The notes under the pieces: generated by a model
Database searches by the model: none
What the model was told of the DNA's origin: nothing
The model's input: the letters and a program-made list of their open reading frames with translations, nothing else
From: Candidatus Parvarchaeum sp.
Lineage (GTDB): Archaea > Nanobdellota > Nanobdellia > Parvarchaeales > Parvarchaeaceae
Assembly (NCBI GenBank): GCA_049965555.1
Contig: JBMFWF010000013.1
Coordinates: 1-15,155 of the forward strand
DNA: 15,155 bases
Direction of reading: 5' to 3'
In this document: piece after piece, positions 6,610-15,155 of the stretch
How positions within the stretch are numbered: position 1 is the stretch's first letter
Layout: each line of letters begins with the position of its first letter
Made by a program: the position numbers and the translations under genes

Positions 6610-7077
6610 ATGGAATGCGCATTCTGCAACGAATCTACATTGAATATAGAAAAATTCTATGAAGATGAGAACTTTGTGGCCATATACAATATAAGACCTG
6701 TTACCAAAGGCCACTGCCTTGTAATACCGAAAAGACATGTAAAAGAAATGAATGAATTGAATGAAAGCGAAAGAAAGGATTTTATCTCTTTTTCAAACAA
6801 GGCAATATTCGTAGCATTGAAATACAGCGGAACAAATGACTTTGATTTCCTTCTGCAAAAGGGGGAGAATGCCGGGCAGAGCATTAAACACCTGCATTTC
6901 CATATAATACCGAGAAAAAGAAACGACAGCCTTGGAGTAAACAAAGACAAGTTCTTCCAGTCGTTCGCAGAGAAAGAGAATACTGTAAAAACTTTGACTA
7001 ATGATGAAATCCGGCTAGTTGTAAATGACCTAAAAGATATAGCGGAAAAACATAGAATACAGATAAATGAGCTATGA
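6610..7077 (+). CDS. HIT (histidine triad) family nucleotide hydrolase
   Basis: MECAFC, PVTKGHCLVIPKRHV and GENAGQSIKHLHFHIIPR (HxHxHxx). The start at 6610 is preferred over 6586 because HIT proteins typically begin M-x-C-x-F-C and the TATA spacing fits. Confidence 0.93.
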   Translation: MECAFCNESTLNIEKFYEDENFVAIYNIRPVTKGHCLVIPKRHVKEMNELNESERKDFISFSNKAIFVALKYSGTNDFDFLLQKGENAGQSIKHLHFHIIPRKRNDSLGVNKDKFFQSFAEKENTVKTLTNDEIRLVVNDLKDIAEKHRIQINEL

Positions 7078-7112
7078 ATAAGTATTTATACTACTTTTAA
7101 TCAGTAAAAATA

Positions 7113-7418
7113 ATGAATTTTCAAAAAAGACAGGAACTTGAAAGTATCTTAAGCAATGGTTATACCCCATTAAGGCTAAACGATGAAAGTGCAAGCGAAA
7201 TCTACAGGATGTACAGAAAAGACAGGAATTACTTTAACAGGGTCAAAAAGGCAATAGAAAGGATATGCTGTTATCCAGAGCAGGCTGAAAAGCTGACCGG
7301 GAGATTAAAAGGATATTGCAGCAAGCATGTCGGAAGCAAGGTAATAATATACAAGCATGAAAACGAAGGTGTTTACATAACAAAACTTGATGAACATGAT
7401 CTTGCATATAAGATATAA
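7113..7418 (+). CDS. RelE/ParE-superfamily (RelE/YafQ-like) toxin, no adjacent antitoxin
   Basis: 101 aa with RVKKAIERI..YP...EKLTGRLKGYCSKHVGSKVIIY and C-terminal HDLAYK, the typical RelE-fold pattern. Confidence 0.75.
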   Translation: MNFQKRQELESILSNGYTPLRLNDESASEIYRMYRKDRNYFNRVKKAIERICCYPEQAEKLTGRLKGYCSKHVGSKVIIYKHENEGVYITKLDEHDLAYKI

Positions 7419-7454
7419 ACTATAAAAACATATAACCAACAAAATTGATAAAGC

Positions 7455-8465
7455 ATGATGAAAAATTACATTATAATACCGACATATGGGGAATTTGATA
7501 ATCTAAACGAGCTATTGCCGCTTCTTACTAAATACAAAGTTATAATAGTTGATGATAACTCTCTTGATGGAACTAAAGAACTTTGCAAGAGATACAAAAA
7601 CGTGAAACTCATAGTAAGGAAAGGCAAACGGGGATTGGCATCTGCAGTCGTAGATGGAATTTTATCGATAAAAGAAAAGGATGCAAAGGTTGTTGTCATG
7701 GATGCCGATTTCCAGCATGACCCTAAAAAGCTACCGGAATTCTTCAGCAAGCTCAACGGCTGTGATTTTGTCTATGGCAATAGAGCAGGTCTAAAAATGC
7801 GTTTCTATAGGAAGATAATGTCAAAAACAGCGGCATTTATCACAAAGACCTTGGTTCCGCAATTAAATAAAATTCAAGATCCGATGTCGGGATTTTTCGG
7901 ATTTAAACTGTCTTCCGTTAATATTAAAAATTTAAAGCCTATAGGCTATAAAATAATGCTTGAAATTGCATTTAACCTCAAAGAAAACGCTATAATTGAC
8001 AAAGTAAATTACGAATTCCGCGGCAGGAAATACGGGGAATCCAAGCTGAATTTTAAAACAATACTAGAGTTTATTCTGCAGGCATTTAGATTAAACAATT
8101 ACCGACTACTGATATTTGGTCTAGTTGGATTAAGCGGAATAGCTGTAAATGAGGGCGTTGCTTTTTTGCTACACCCCTATCTGCCGTTATACGCAGTTTT
8201 CATCATATCTGCAGAAACTTCGATAATCACAAATTTCTTACTTAATCACAATTTAACATTTAAAAGAAGAGCCAAGTTAACAAAAGCTTTGCCAAAATAT
8301 AACCTAGTGGCACTTGCTGGATTAATTATAAACGTATCCATTGCACTGTATCTTTCTTTGTTTATAGAGTACTTGCTTGCTAACCTTATAGGTATATTAA
8401 TTGCATTCCTATTCAATTACATCCTCTCGGAAAGATTCGCTTGGAAAGTTAGTGACATTTCTTAG
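7455..8465 (+). CDS. Polyprenol/dolichol-phosphate glycosyltransferase (GT2, DPM1-like) fused to a GtrA-like membrane domain
   Basis: IIIPTY, IVDDNSLDGT, GLASAV, VMDADFQHDP, DPMSGFF, GYKIMLE and R..GESKL. The C-terminal 120 aa or so carry 4 TMs with FGLVGLSG...NFLLN...F (GtrA pattern). Confidence 0.92.
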   Translation: MMKNYIIIPTYGEFDNLNELLPLLTKYKVIIVDDNSLDGTKELCKRYKNVKLIVRKGKRGLASAVVDGILSIKEKDAKVVVMDADFQHDPKKLPEFFSKLNGCDFVYGNRAGLKMRFYRKIMSKTAAFITKTLVPQLNKIQDPMSGFFGFKLSSVNIKNLKPIGYKIMLEIAFNLKENAIIDKVNYEFRGRKYGESKLNFKTILEFILQAFRLNNYRLLIFGLVGLSGIAVNEGVAFLLHPYLPLYAVFIISAETSIITNFLLNHNLTFKRRAKLTKALPKYNLVALAGLIINVSIALYLSLFIEYLLANLIGILIAFLFNYILSERFAWKVSDIS

Positions 8466-8508
8466 CTATTTTGGGCGCTTGTATGATGAGTTCGTTGGCT
8501 TATAACTC

Positions 8509-8736
8509 CTATTGAGATGTGTAAAATCTCCAGAGAAGGTAGAATAAAAATGAAATAACGAAGCTAATCAGTGCTAAGAGATTTGTTTTTATTGGTATGT
8601 AATAGGAGAAATCACTACTGTAAACCATGGAGGGATAGATTAGGTTTTCAATCGCTATGTAAGCCCAAACAGCTGTGGAATAAAGCCATATAGCTTCAAA
8701 AAGCAATTTCAATGCCTTCCCATTTTTTCTTTTCAT
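8509..8736 (-). CDS. Small hypothetical membrane protein (2 TM)
   Basis: 75 aa with a basic N-terminus and two hydrophobic segments. It fills the intergenic space with an ATG start. Confidence 0.7.
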   Translation of the reverse strand: MKRKNGKALKLLFEAIWLYSTAVWAYIAIENLIYPSMVYSSDFSYYIPIKTNLLALISFVISFLFYLLWRFYTSQ

Positions 8737-8873
8737 TATTGCCTTCTAATTCTTATTATGCTGCTATAATTTTAACTTTTTCTAAGGCAGATTATTAAGC
8801 CTATATCTGTGAGTTACGGCTTTTATTTTTCACACGTAAATTATAATTTTCGGCTTGTTCATTGAAGAATTGA

Positions 8874-10367
8874 TTATTTTAAGGCTTTAAGCAATCCAAA
8901 ATTTATTGAATTGCATGCGGAATAAAATTGAATTATCCTTGGTTTTATTCCAAACAGCCAATAACAGGGATTAGTTGATATGTTTTCTTCATGGATAACC
9001 TCATAAACCCTTGATTCATTTATTGAAGGGTAAAAACTGCAGTTCTTATAACCATAAAGATATATATCCCCTTCTCTTTTGACCAAAGGTAAAGTTGTGT
9101 TTGCCGGGCCGAAATTGAGGATTGTACCTGTGTAATTATTGATATACGACAACGGAGGAACGGCATATAAACCAGAATAGTCCAGGTATACCCATTCATT
9201 TGAAGACACTGTGCACTTTCCACTGTAAAAAGAGTTAAATAAAGAAACACCTGCTTTGATGGAATGAGTAGGCATTGCGCTTGGAATAGAAAGATACAGG
9301 ATTATTACAGCCAATATTAGAGAAATTGCAAAGACAGGGTATACAAATTTCATGTCTTTTTTCTGCATAAAAGAGAAAGCTATTATGTAGGAAAAAATCG
9401 ACAAGGGGAGCATAAATCTAAATATAGACAGACCAGTAATCCGCATTAAATTAGATGTAGAGAAGTAAACTAAAAAAGAAAGAAAAACTGCAGCTGATAA
9501 AATCGAATAAATCCTTTTATTTCTCATGATTTTTAAGTAAAATTGCTTTTTATCCCTGAAATAAAATAAGACGATAAGAGTGAACGGGAAAACTATCTCT
9601 ATGAAACCAACTAATGGTATGCTTTCAAAATGGCTTATTGATAAGCTGAAGCTTATGTATGAGGAGAAGATGTGGAAATACAAGTATGACATGGCAATCG
9701 AATAAAACAAATTTCCATATTCCATTAGATTGTAGATAAAGTAAGGGATCAATGAAATGAATGCAATTGCTATCGACATTAAAAAGTTAACTATGCCGGC
9801 TCTCTTTTTATCCCACAATAGAAAAAGAAGCAATGGAGCGAATATTAAAGCGTATGACTTGGACAAAAAAGCAAGAGCGAGGAAAAAGCCAGCAAAAATA
9901 GGCTTCTTCTTTATTATCGCTGCTGCGTAAAATATTATGAAGGCTATTACCAATAAATCAGACCCATTTTTTATGCCATAGTAAAGAACAAAAGGAGAGA
10001 GTACAAACATAAAAAGAAGGGCAAAATCAAGCTTAAATCCGCGCGTAAAATACCAAACAGAAAGGAAGAAAACTAATGATACAAAGGCTATGAAAAGGTA
10101 GACTGCATATGGCTTTGAGATAAATGAGAAAAGCCCTATGACAAAGCTCTCGAATACTGCCCTCATGGGTTCGTAGTAATAGCCACTGTAAAACATGTGC
10201 CTGGCATTAAGTATCCTAACGACCATGTCCCAATTTTTTAAAATGTAGAAAACTATGGAAGAGAATACAATAAGAGATAACAATGATATAATCTCTACCT
10301 TAGTGTCGTTCCTATTGAGAAATTTATATGCCTTGCTGAGCCTATTTTTCCCCTTCTTATTTTTCAT
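8874..10367 (-). CDS. GT-C fold multi-pass membrane glycosyltransferase (PMT/ArnT-like)
   Basis: About 11-12 hydrophobic segments, WD in the first loop, YEPMR, SDLL and GFFLALAFLSKSY...PY, plus a soluble C-terminal domain. Confidence 0.75.
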   Translation of the reverse strand: MKNKKGKNRLSKAYKFLNRNDTKVEIISLLSLIVFSSIVFYILKNWDMVVRILNARHMFYSGYYYEPMRAVFESFVIGLFSFISKPYAVYLFIAFVSLVFFLSVWYFTRGFKLDFALLFMFVLSPFVLYYGIKNGSDLLVIAFIIFYAAAIIKKKPIFAGFFLALAFLSKSYALIFAPLLLFLLWDKKRAGIVNFLMSIAIAFISLIPYFIYNLMEYGNLFYSIAMSYLYFHIFSSYISFSLSISHFESIPLVGFIEIVFPFTLIVLFYFRDKKQFYLKIMRNKRIYSILSAAVFLSFLVYFSTSNLMRITGLSIFRFMLPLSIFSYIIAFSFMQKKDMKFVYPVFAISLILAVIILYLSIPSAMPTHSIKAGVSLFNSFYSGKCTVSSNEWVYLDYSGLYAVPPLSYINNYTGTILNFGPANTTLPLVKREGDIYLYGYKNCSFYPSINESRVYEVIHEENISTNPCYWLFGIKPRIIQFYSACNSINFGLLKALK

Positions 10368-10374
10368 AAAAATA

Positions 10375-11046
10375 TTAAGAACTAAAATTTAAGCATCTGC
10401 TGTACTTGCAAATGTAATCCTTTATCTGCGAAGTATTCAGATAGCCGGTTTCGACATATCTGTCATCTATGATTATCGCAGGCAAAGAAGAATTCGTTAG
10501 ATTATAAGATTTCATCAAGATTGACACTACTGACAAATTCAAGTTACCGTCTATAGCACTTACCACCAAAGAATCGTTTTTAGCGGATAAAAAAGAAAGC
10601 TCATCGCCCTCCACTATGCTATTTGTTCCGCCGCTACCGGGATAAACAAACATTATAGTAGTGAATTTGTCCTTGCACATCGAGTTTATCTTGTTCGCAA
10701 GCAACCAGTATTCTATCCTTACATATGTGTACTGATCATTCAATTGATTGTAATTCGCAATTGAATTGGCAAGGTTGGAGGAGGTCAATTCTCTGCCCAA
10801 AGATTGCATCTCCTGAGCTATACTATAAAGATTGTTGGTTAATATACTGCAGGAGAAAGTGCTGTTAGTGGTGGTCAATAAAGTGGCAAGCTCTAATTCG
10901 TTCACGCTCTGCTCATAGTTATTCAAGTTTGCAGACAGGTAGGATATCTTAGAAGAATCATAGAAATAGCCGAACAAGAAGACTACGAGCACTACAGCGA
11001 AAGCTACAGCTATAGATAGACTCAATCGCTTATATTTGGAAGCCAT
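10375..11046 (-). CDS. Membrane-anchored hypothetical protein (TM, helical/coiled region, thioredoxin-like C-terminus)
   Basis: N-terminal TM, heptad-like helices with two Cys, then IMFVY...VVSAIDG...YNL...LPAIIID...GYL. It overlaps the GT2 gene by 25 bp. Confidence 0.7.
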   Translation of the reverse strand: MASKYKRLSLSIAVAFAVVLVVFLFGYFYDSSKISYLSANLNNYEQSVNELELATLLTTTNSTFSCSILTNNLYSIAQEMQSLGRELTSSNLANSIANYNQLNDQYTYVRIEYWLLANKINSMCKDKFTTIMFVYPGSGGTNSIVEGDELSFLSAKNDSLVVSAIDGNLNLSVVSILMKSYNLTNSSLPAIIIDDRYVETGYLNTSQIKDYICKYSRCLNFSS

Positions 11047-12284
11047 ATTAATTTACCAGATTTGAATTTTCCAAGAGCTGACAGACTGTACAACCAAACA
11101 AAAGACAGGAAAAAAGAGTAAAAAGTCATGTATGCAAGTATCCCAAAAAAGTCTTTTATCGCCTTGAACTTATGGTCTATTGTCCTAAGTGAATAAAGTA
11201 TGGAGAATATTCCTATGCACGCACCGACTATCTCTAGGAATACTCTTGTGTCAAGGGAAAGAAAAGACAGACTGGGTAAAAAGTAGCTGATAAAGAAAGA
11301 AAGATTTGTATTGGTTAATACCCCATAAGCTGGAAGAAGGAATATCAATGTAGTATACACCAAACCGATTATTACAAAGAAGCTTAGAAAAATTGATACC
11401 AACATGAATGGCAATGCAATCTTCCATATATCATTTCTCTTTGAATTCAAAGCCGTTTTTCTGTATTTTATGACATTGTAGAAGAAACCGGAAAACCACC
11501 TCACCCTTTGCTTGAAAAGTTTCTTCAATGTGTTCGGTACAACAGTATATGAGACTGCCTTGATTGAACTTTCGACTTTATAGCCCTCTGTGAGCAGCCT
11601 CATCCCTATCTCCATGTCCTCTGAATAGTTGTTATCATCAAAACAGCCCACCTTCTTTAATATCTTTGTGTCGAACATGGAACCTGCACCATGTATAATC
11701 ACTAAGCCTCCGACCTTGCTCAAAGCCTTTCTTGCAAGTATTGACAGCAGATATTCATAGTACTGCAGATATTCCACGAGTTTCCTGGGCTTGTAGACCT
11801 TGACAGAGGAAACGACCGCTGCTACTTTTTTGCTTTTGAAATGGTATACTAACCTTGTTATCAAATCCTTTTCTATGAATGTATCGGCATCTAATATGAG
11901 CACGTAATCCTCATTTATGAAATTTCTTATGGCATAGTTCATGACCCTCGCCTTTCCATCGAATGGTGCTCTTATGACACTTACATTTCTTGCTCTTGCT
12001 GCCCTAACCGTTTCTTCTGTGGAAGATTTATTCAATACTATATATATTTTATAATTTGGATATTCATTTTCCTTCACGTTTTCTATCGTTTCCCTGAGCC
12101 TCCTGCCTTCATATATAGCTGGAATCAAAACAGCCACGCTTGGATGCCTTTTAATCTGCAACTCCTTCTTCTCTTCTTTTTTTATCTCATGATTTATGTC
12201 AAAGAAGTAGAATATCCAGAATATGGATAAGACTAAAAGAACAAAAACTATTGAAGCTGTAAATAAATCACTTGCTGATAGCAT
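11022..12284 (-). CDS. Processive GT2 beta-glycan synthase (cellulose synthase/PgaC/IcaA-like)
   Basis: GKA..MN, LILDADT (DxD), SEDME (TED-like) and KQRVRW (QxxRW), with an N-terminal TM and several C-terminal TMs. Confidence 0.9.
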   Translation of the reverse strand: MLSASDLFTASIVFVLLVLSIFWIFYFFDINHEIKKEEKKELQIKRHPSVAVLIPAIYEGRRLRETIENVKENEYPNYKIYIVLNKSSTEETVRAARARNVSVIRAPFDGKARVMNYAIRNFINEDYVLILDADTFIEKDLITRLVYHFKSKKVAAVVSSVKVYKPRKLVEYLQYYEYLLSILARKALSKVGGLVIIHGAGSMFDTKILKKVGCFDDNNYSEDMEIGMRLLTEGYKVESSIKAVSYTVVPNTLKKLFKQRVRWFSGFFYNVIKYRKTALNSKRNDIWKIALPFMLVSIFLSFFVIIGLVYTTLIFLLPAYGVLTNTNLSFFISYFLPSLSFLSLDTRVFLEIVGACIGIFSILYSLRTIDHKFKAIKDFFGILAYMTFYSFFLSFVWLYSLSALGKFKSGKLIWLPNISD

Positions 12285-12301
12285 ATTTTATTTATTATAA
12301 A

Positions 12302-13537
12302 TTACCTATTTAATAAGGTTTCATCGGGGATTTTATTTGTATTGTACACATTGTCTACTCCGAAAAGCTTTATCAGAAGTATGGTTGCATAAGACCCTTT
12401 TCTAAGATCAAATGTAAAGACTGCTTCCTTGTCTTTTACATCTATTGAAAAATTCTCCGGGAAGAAAAAGGTAGGGTGTTTGAATGTCTTTAGGCTTGCT
12501 TCCGGCATGCTTTTTATCCTGAATCTTTCCAAATCATTTATTCCTTCCTCCTCTAAAACTGTTTTCAACACTTTGCTTATTTGATCATCATTAAACTCAA
12601 AATCAAAGCCTACTGCGGGTATTTCTGCATTTAAACTTAAGTTTTCCTTTGTTAACCTGCTTAAAGTTTTATTGAAAAGATAATATTGATATGCCTGCAA
12701 AATCATTAACCTTGTGTATTTCGGCATCAGCCTTATTGCGCCTGCATAATCGTTTTTATGCTGGAGAAGGTAGTGCAGAGCTTCTTTCTCATAGAACATA
12801 AAACCCGGCAGATTAGAAAGTGCTTCTTCTGCTGTTTTAGTGTCTATCTGCCCTCCTAAAACATAATCGGAGAATACCTCCCTCAAAAGCTTTCTTTTTT
12901 GCTTATTCAAATCGGATTCCGCCCTCTCTTTAAGGACTAAATCATAGAAAGCCGATTTGAAGTCTTGATTTATTATGCTTTTTGAGACAGCTATATTCAA
13001 TGAAGATGAGCCAAATCTCTGCGGACCGTAGAAATTAGGTATTCCCTTTGAGATTTCCTCTTTTATTTTTTCCAAATTTTCATTCGTTTCAAAGTCTTTG
13101 ACTATGACGGTAAAATGGTTGCCATAAAGTTTTCCAATCTTACAAGGTTGGCTGCTGTAGGCTATGTCTCTTACGAAAAGCCTGTCTGAATTTAGCTTTA
13201 AAGCTTCTGCTGCAAACTTGAATATACTTAGCCTTTGCGAAGTTATGGCTCTTTTATCCTTATTTCCATTGCAAGCTATCCTCTTAAAGCTTATGTGCAA
13301 CTGCCTTGAAATTAATTTTATAGCCTCTGGAGTTGATATGCCGCGCTTAACCAGTGTGAAAACTAGATAATCGTCTTTGTCTTTTGGCAATTCATCCTGC
13401 AAATCCCTGTCTATGCTCAATATTTTTCCGTCTTCCTCTACTTCCTGGACTATGAAATCCTCCTCTCTCTGAAACAGGCTTCCTTTCAAATCATACGTTT
13501 TAAGGTTTTCTATGCCTATCTGTTCTAAAGACACCAT
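12302..13537 (-). CDS. truD: tRNA pseudouridine(13) synthase TruD/Pus7
   Basis: EDFIVQE, GNKDKRAITSQ (catalytic Asp), LYGNHFTV, PNFYGPQRFG, AYQYYLFN and FDLRKGSYAT. Confidence 0.96.
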   Translation of the reverse strand: MVSLEQIGIENLKTYDLKGSLFQREEDFIVQEVEEDGKILSIDRDLQDELPKDKDDYLVFTLVKRGISTPEAIKLISRQLHISFKRIACNGNKDKRAITSQRLSIFKFAAEALKLNSDRLFVRDIAYSSQPCKIGKLYGNHFTVIVKDFETNENLEKIKEEISKGIPNFYGPQRFGSSSLNIAVSKSIINQDFKSAFYDLVLKERAESDLNKQKRKLLREVFSDYVLGGQIDTKTAEEALSNLPGFMFYEKEALHYLLQHKNDYAGAIRLMPKYTRLMILQAYQYYLFNKTLSRLTKENLSLNAEIPAVGFDFEFNDDQISKVLKTVLEEEGINDLERFRIKSMPEASLKTFKHPTFFFPENFSIDVKDKEAVFTFDLRKGSYATILLIKLFGVDNVYNTNKIPDETLLNR

Positions 13538-13543
13538 TTTTAT

Positions 13544-13957
13544 TCAACTCAGCTGGACTTTAAAACACATGCCTGTCGCTATGACTTGATTTGGCTTGAA
13601 AGCATCGCAAAGGAAGCTTACATAATTCTGCGACTGCGGACCGGAATATTGGCAGGAGGAAGAATAATAGCAGTATAAGACGGATCCGCAAGCCAGTTTT
13701 GCTTTCGAAGAATTCACAAAAGAATAATTTTGTGAGCATGCACTTGAATTAGATGCTATCTCCCTGGTCAATTCCTGACCGTAAGCGGCTGCCTCCGCAT
13801 TTAACTTGCTGATATCCTGTTTCTGCGACACATGGTTCAATGAAACCGCTATGAAATAGACTAAAACGACTATTACAATGAAAAAGGCTATTGCTAAAAT
13901 GAACTGTTTATTTATCTTCTTTCTATTTACTTCTTCTTTCTTTATTATTATTTTCAT
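13544..13957 (-). CDS. Hypothetical single-pass membrane protein with a Cys-rich C-terminal domain
   Basis: Basic N-terminus, one TM and six Cys in the last 65 aa or so. It ends 6 bp upstream of truD. Confidence 0.75.
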   Translation of the reverse strand: MKIIIKKEEVNRKKINKQFILAIAFFIVIVVLVYFIAVSLNHVSQKQDISKLNAEAAAYGQELTREIASNSSACSQNYSFVNSSKAKLACGSVLYCYYSSSCQYSGPQSQNYVSFLCDAFKPNQVIATGMCFKVQLS

Positions 13958-13998
13958 AGTTTACACAAGATACTAATGAATCAAAGAATTATAAACGT

Positions 13999-14035
13999 TA
14001 AAAAAATAAAAAAATAGAAGGAAAATCCTTCTATT
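13999..14035 (-). terminator. Stem-loop plus U-tract terminator after the S-layer gene
   Basis: Perfect 10-bp stem AATAGAAGGA-AAA-TCCTTCTATT (14013-14035), followed on the minus strand by long T-tracts (plus-strand A-runs 14000-14014). Confidence 0.75.
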
Positions 14036-14063
14036 CCTTTTTATGTAAGGTTTTCGAAAGCGT

Positions 14064-15155
14064 TTAGCTTACTATTGAAACGCCCTTGTAAGTCGATGAA
14101 GAGGTACTAAGGATTACCTTATTACCTGTCAAGTTGACTATTGGCTGCCCTATCAAAGATGAAGCCAATACTTCAGCTGCTTCCAAAGTTCCCTGTCCGC
14201 TGTAACCTGCTACCCATAGAGCCGGCTGGTCGTTGAAAGCAGTTATGTTGTTGAACATTTCAATCAATGCTTCATTTGCACCGACGCCTGTTAAGTTTGT
14301 AAACTTAGATCCGTATACTGGTACACTGGAATTAAGCAATGTGTCTGCTAGTGTGTTTATTGCTGGACCGCCGATTACGATTACAGGTACGTTGTTTGTG
14401 GATCCTGTAAAGTTGCTGTCCAAAGTTACCATGTTAGGGTTGCTATTCAATAGCTGTGCTGCGTTTACTGATGAAACTCCGCTTATTCCTAATAGTTTAC
14501 CTGCTGAAACAGTCTGTCCAATGGTGTAGTTCTGCTGACCTATTATAGTCTGCGCTCCTGCTAATGCTACTGTGTAATTCTGTACTGGTATAGCAATATT
14601 TGCATCACCTTTCTTGACTCCGTATACGAAATCACCCCAGGTGTTTGCTGTTGTGTTCTTTGTAGCTGTTGAAATGTTAGTTGCAAACGTCGACTTATTT
14701 TCCGTTATACCAACCATCTGGTTCTCACCCAAAGGATCTGTATAAACCAATTCAGTACCGTTGAACTTTAAGCTGCCTAAGTAACCATTGTCTACTGGAA
14801 CAGTTGACATTGAAGTTCCATTTGATGCGTATAACCCAGCATATCCTGGAATTACCGAAAACCCATTTACAGTTGCTTCTGGACCACTTATCTTCGCATC
14901 AAGTACTGTAACATGTTTAGCAATATAATATTTGTTGGCTCCGGTGCCAGTGACTGTGTGATTAGTTACATTCATTACCGAATTGTTAATAATGGTAAGA
15001 TTATATCCATTAAATGAATAAGTCTTGCCTGCTACTGGAGTTATAGTCTGTGGGTTTGAAGTTGTAGCGGCTGTATAATTATAGATCAACCCGATTGTTC
15101 CTATTGTTGCATTCTGTTCTGTTTCATTAGTAGTAGCACTTATGTTTGTAAATAG
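14064..15155 (-). CDS. S-layer protein, C-terminal part (5' end outside window)
   Basis: The frame stays open from 15155 (LFTNISATTNETEQNATIGTIGLIYNY...), so the TTG at 15089 is internal. S_layer_C-type motifs VIVIGGPAINTLA and ALWVAGYSGQGTLEAAEVL are present, with Asn/Thr-rich composition and a strong terminator. Confidence 0.82.
   Translation of the reverse strand, partial: LFTNISATTNETEQNATIGTIGLIYNYTAATTSNPQTITPVAGKTYSFNGYNLTIINNSVMNVTNHTVTGTGANKYYIAKHVTVLDAKISGPEATVNGFSVIPGYAGLYASNGTSMSTVPVDNGYLGSLKFNGTELVYTDPLGENQMVGITENKSTFATNISTATKNTTANTWGDFVYGVKKGDANIAIPVQNYTVALAGAQTIIGQQNYTIGQTVSAGKLLGISGVSSVNAAQLLNSNPNMVTLDSNFTGSTNNVPVIVIGGPAINTLADTLLNSSVPVYGSKFTNLTGVGANEALIEMFNNITAFNDQPALWVAGYSGQGTLEAAEVLASSLIGQPIVNLTGNKVILSTSSSTYKGVSIVS

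Noticed and set aside
8466-8515. ATGATGAGTTCGT...AACTCCTA resembles a C/D-box C motif or a fluoride riboswitch core
   Set aside because: There are no CTGA D/D' boxes at suitable spacing, the riboswitch stems are incomplete, and it lies between convergent gene ends with no gene to regulate. An Infernal/Rfam scan would settle it.
8831-8863. Minus-strand mini-ORF MNKPKIIIYV* just after the GT-C gene
   Set aside because: It has ten codons, no distinctive composition and no separate promoter evidence. Indistinguishable from chance.
9020-9250. Alternative-frame ORF inside the GT-C gene, plus similar nested or antisense ORFs at 4207, 5501, 6657, 7466, 13164 and 14233
   Set aside because: All are fully contained in longer genes with recognisable motifs and show no independent signals.

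Overview
AT-rich archaeal chromosomal window. The archaeal-type EF-2, TATA/BRE promoters, leaderless-style starts, S-layer protein and broken translation operon point to a DPANN archaeon, possibly Parvarchaeota-like (inference). From left to right it holds: the 5' part of a tnpB-only IS200/IS605 (IS1341-like) element that the ORF track misses, apparently inserted into a HEPN gene whose 3' remnant survives; tRNA-Leu(CAG); an unannotated 15-aa Lys-rich micro-ORF with its own promoter and terminator; a YdcF/DUF218 protein; a stand-alone aEF-2 with non-canonical motifs; an RHH-fused MntA/HepT toxin-antitoxin pair with a candidate operator; a DUF4382 surface protein; a HIT hydrolase; an orphan RelE-like toxin; a surface-glycan cluster (Dol-P sugar synthase-GtrA, GT-C transferase, membrane-anchored partner, processive GT2 synthase); truD; a small Cys-rich membrane protein; and the 3' part of an S-layer gene. 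All family calls come from motifs read by eye; no database searches were run.
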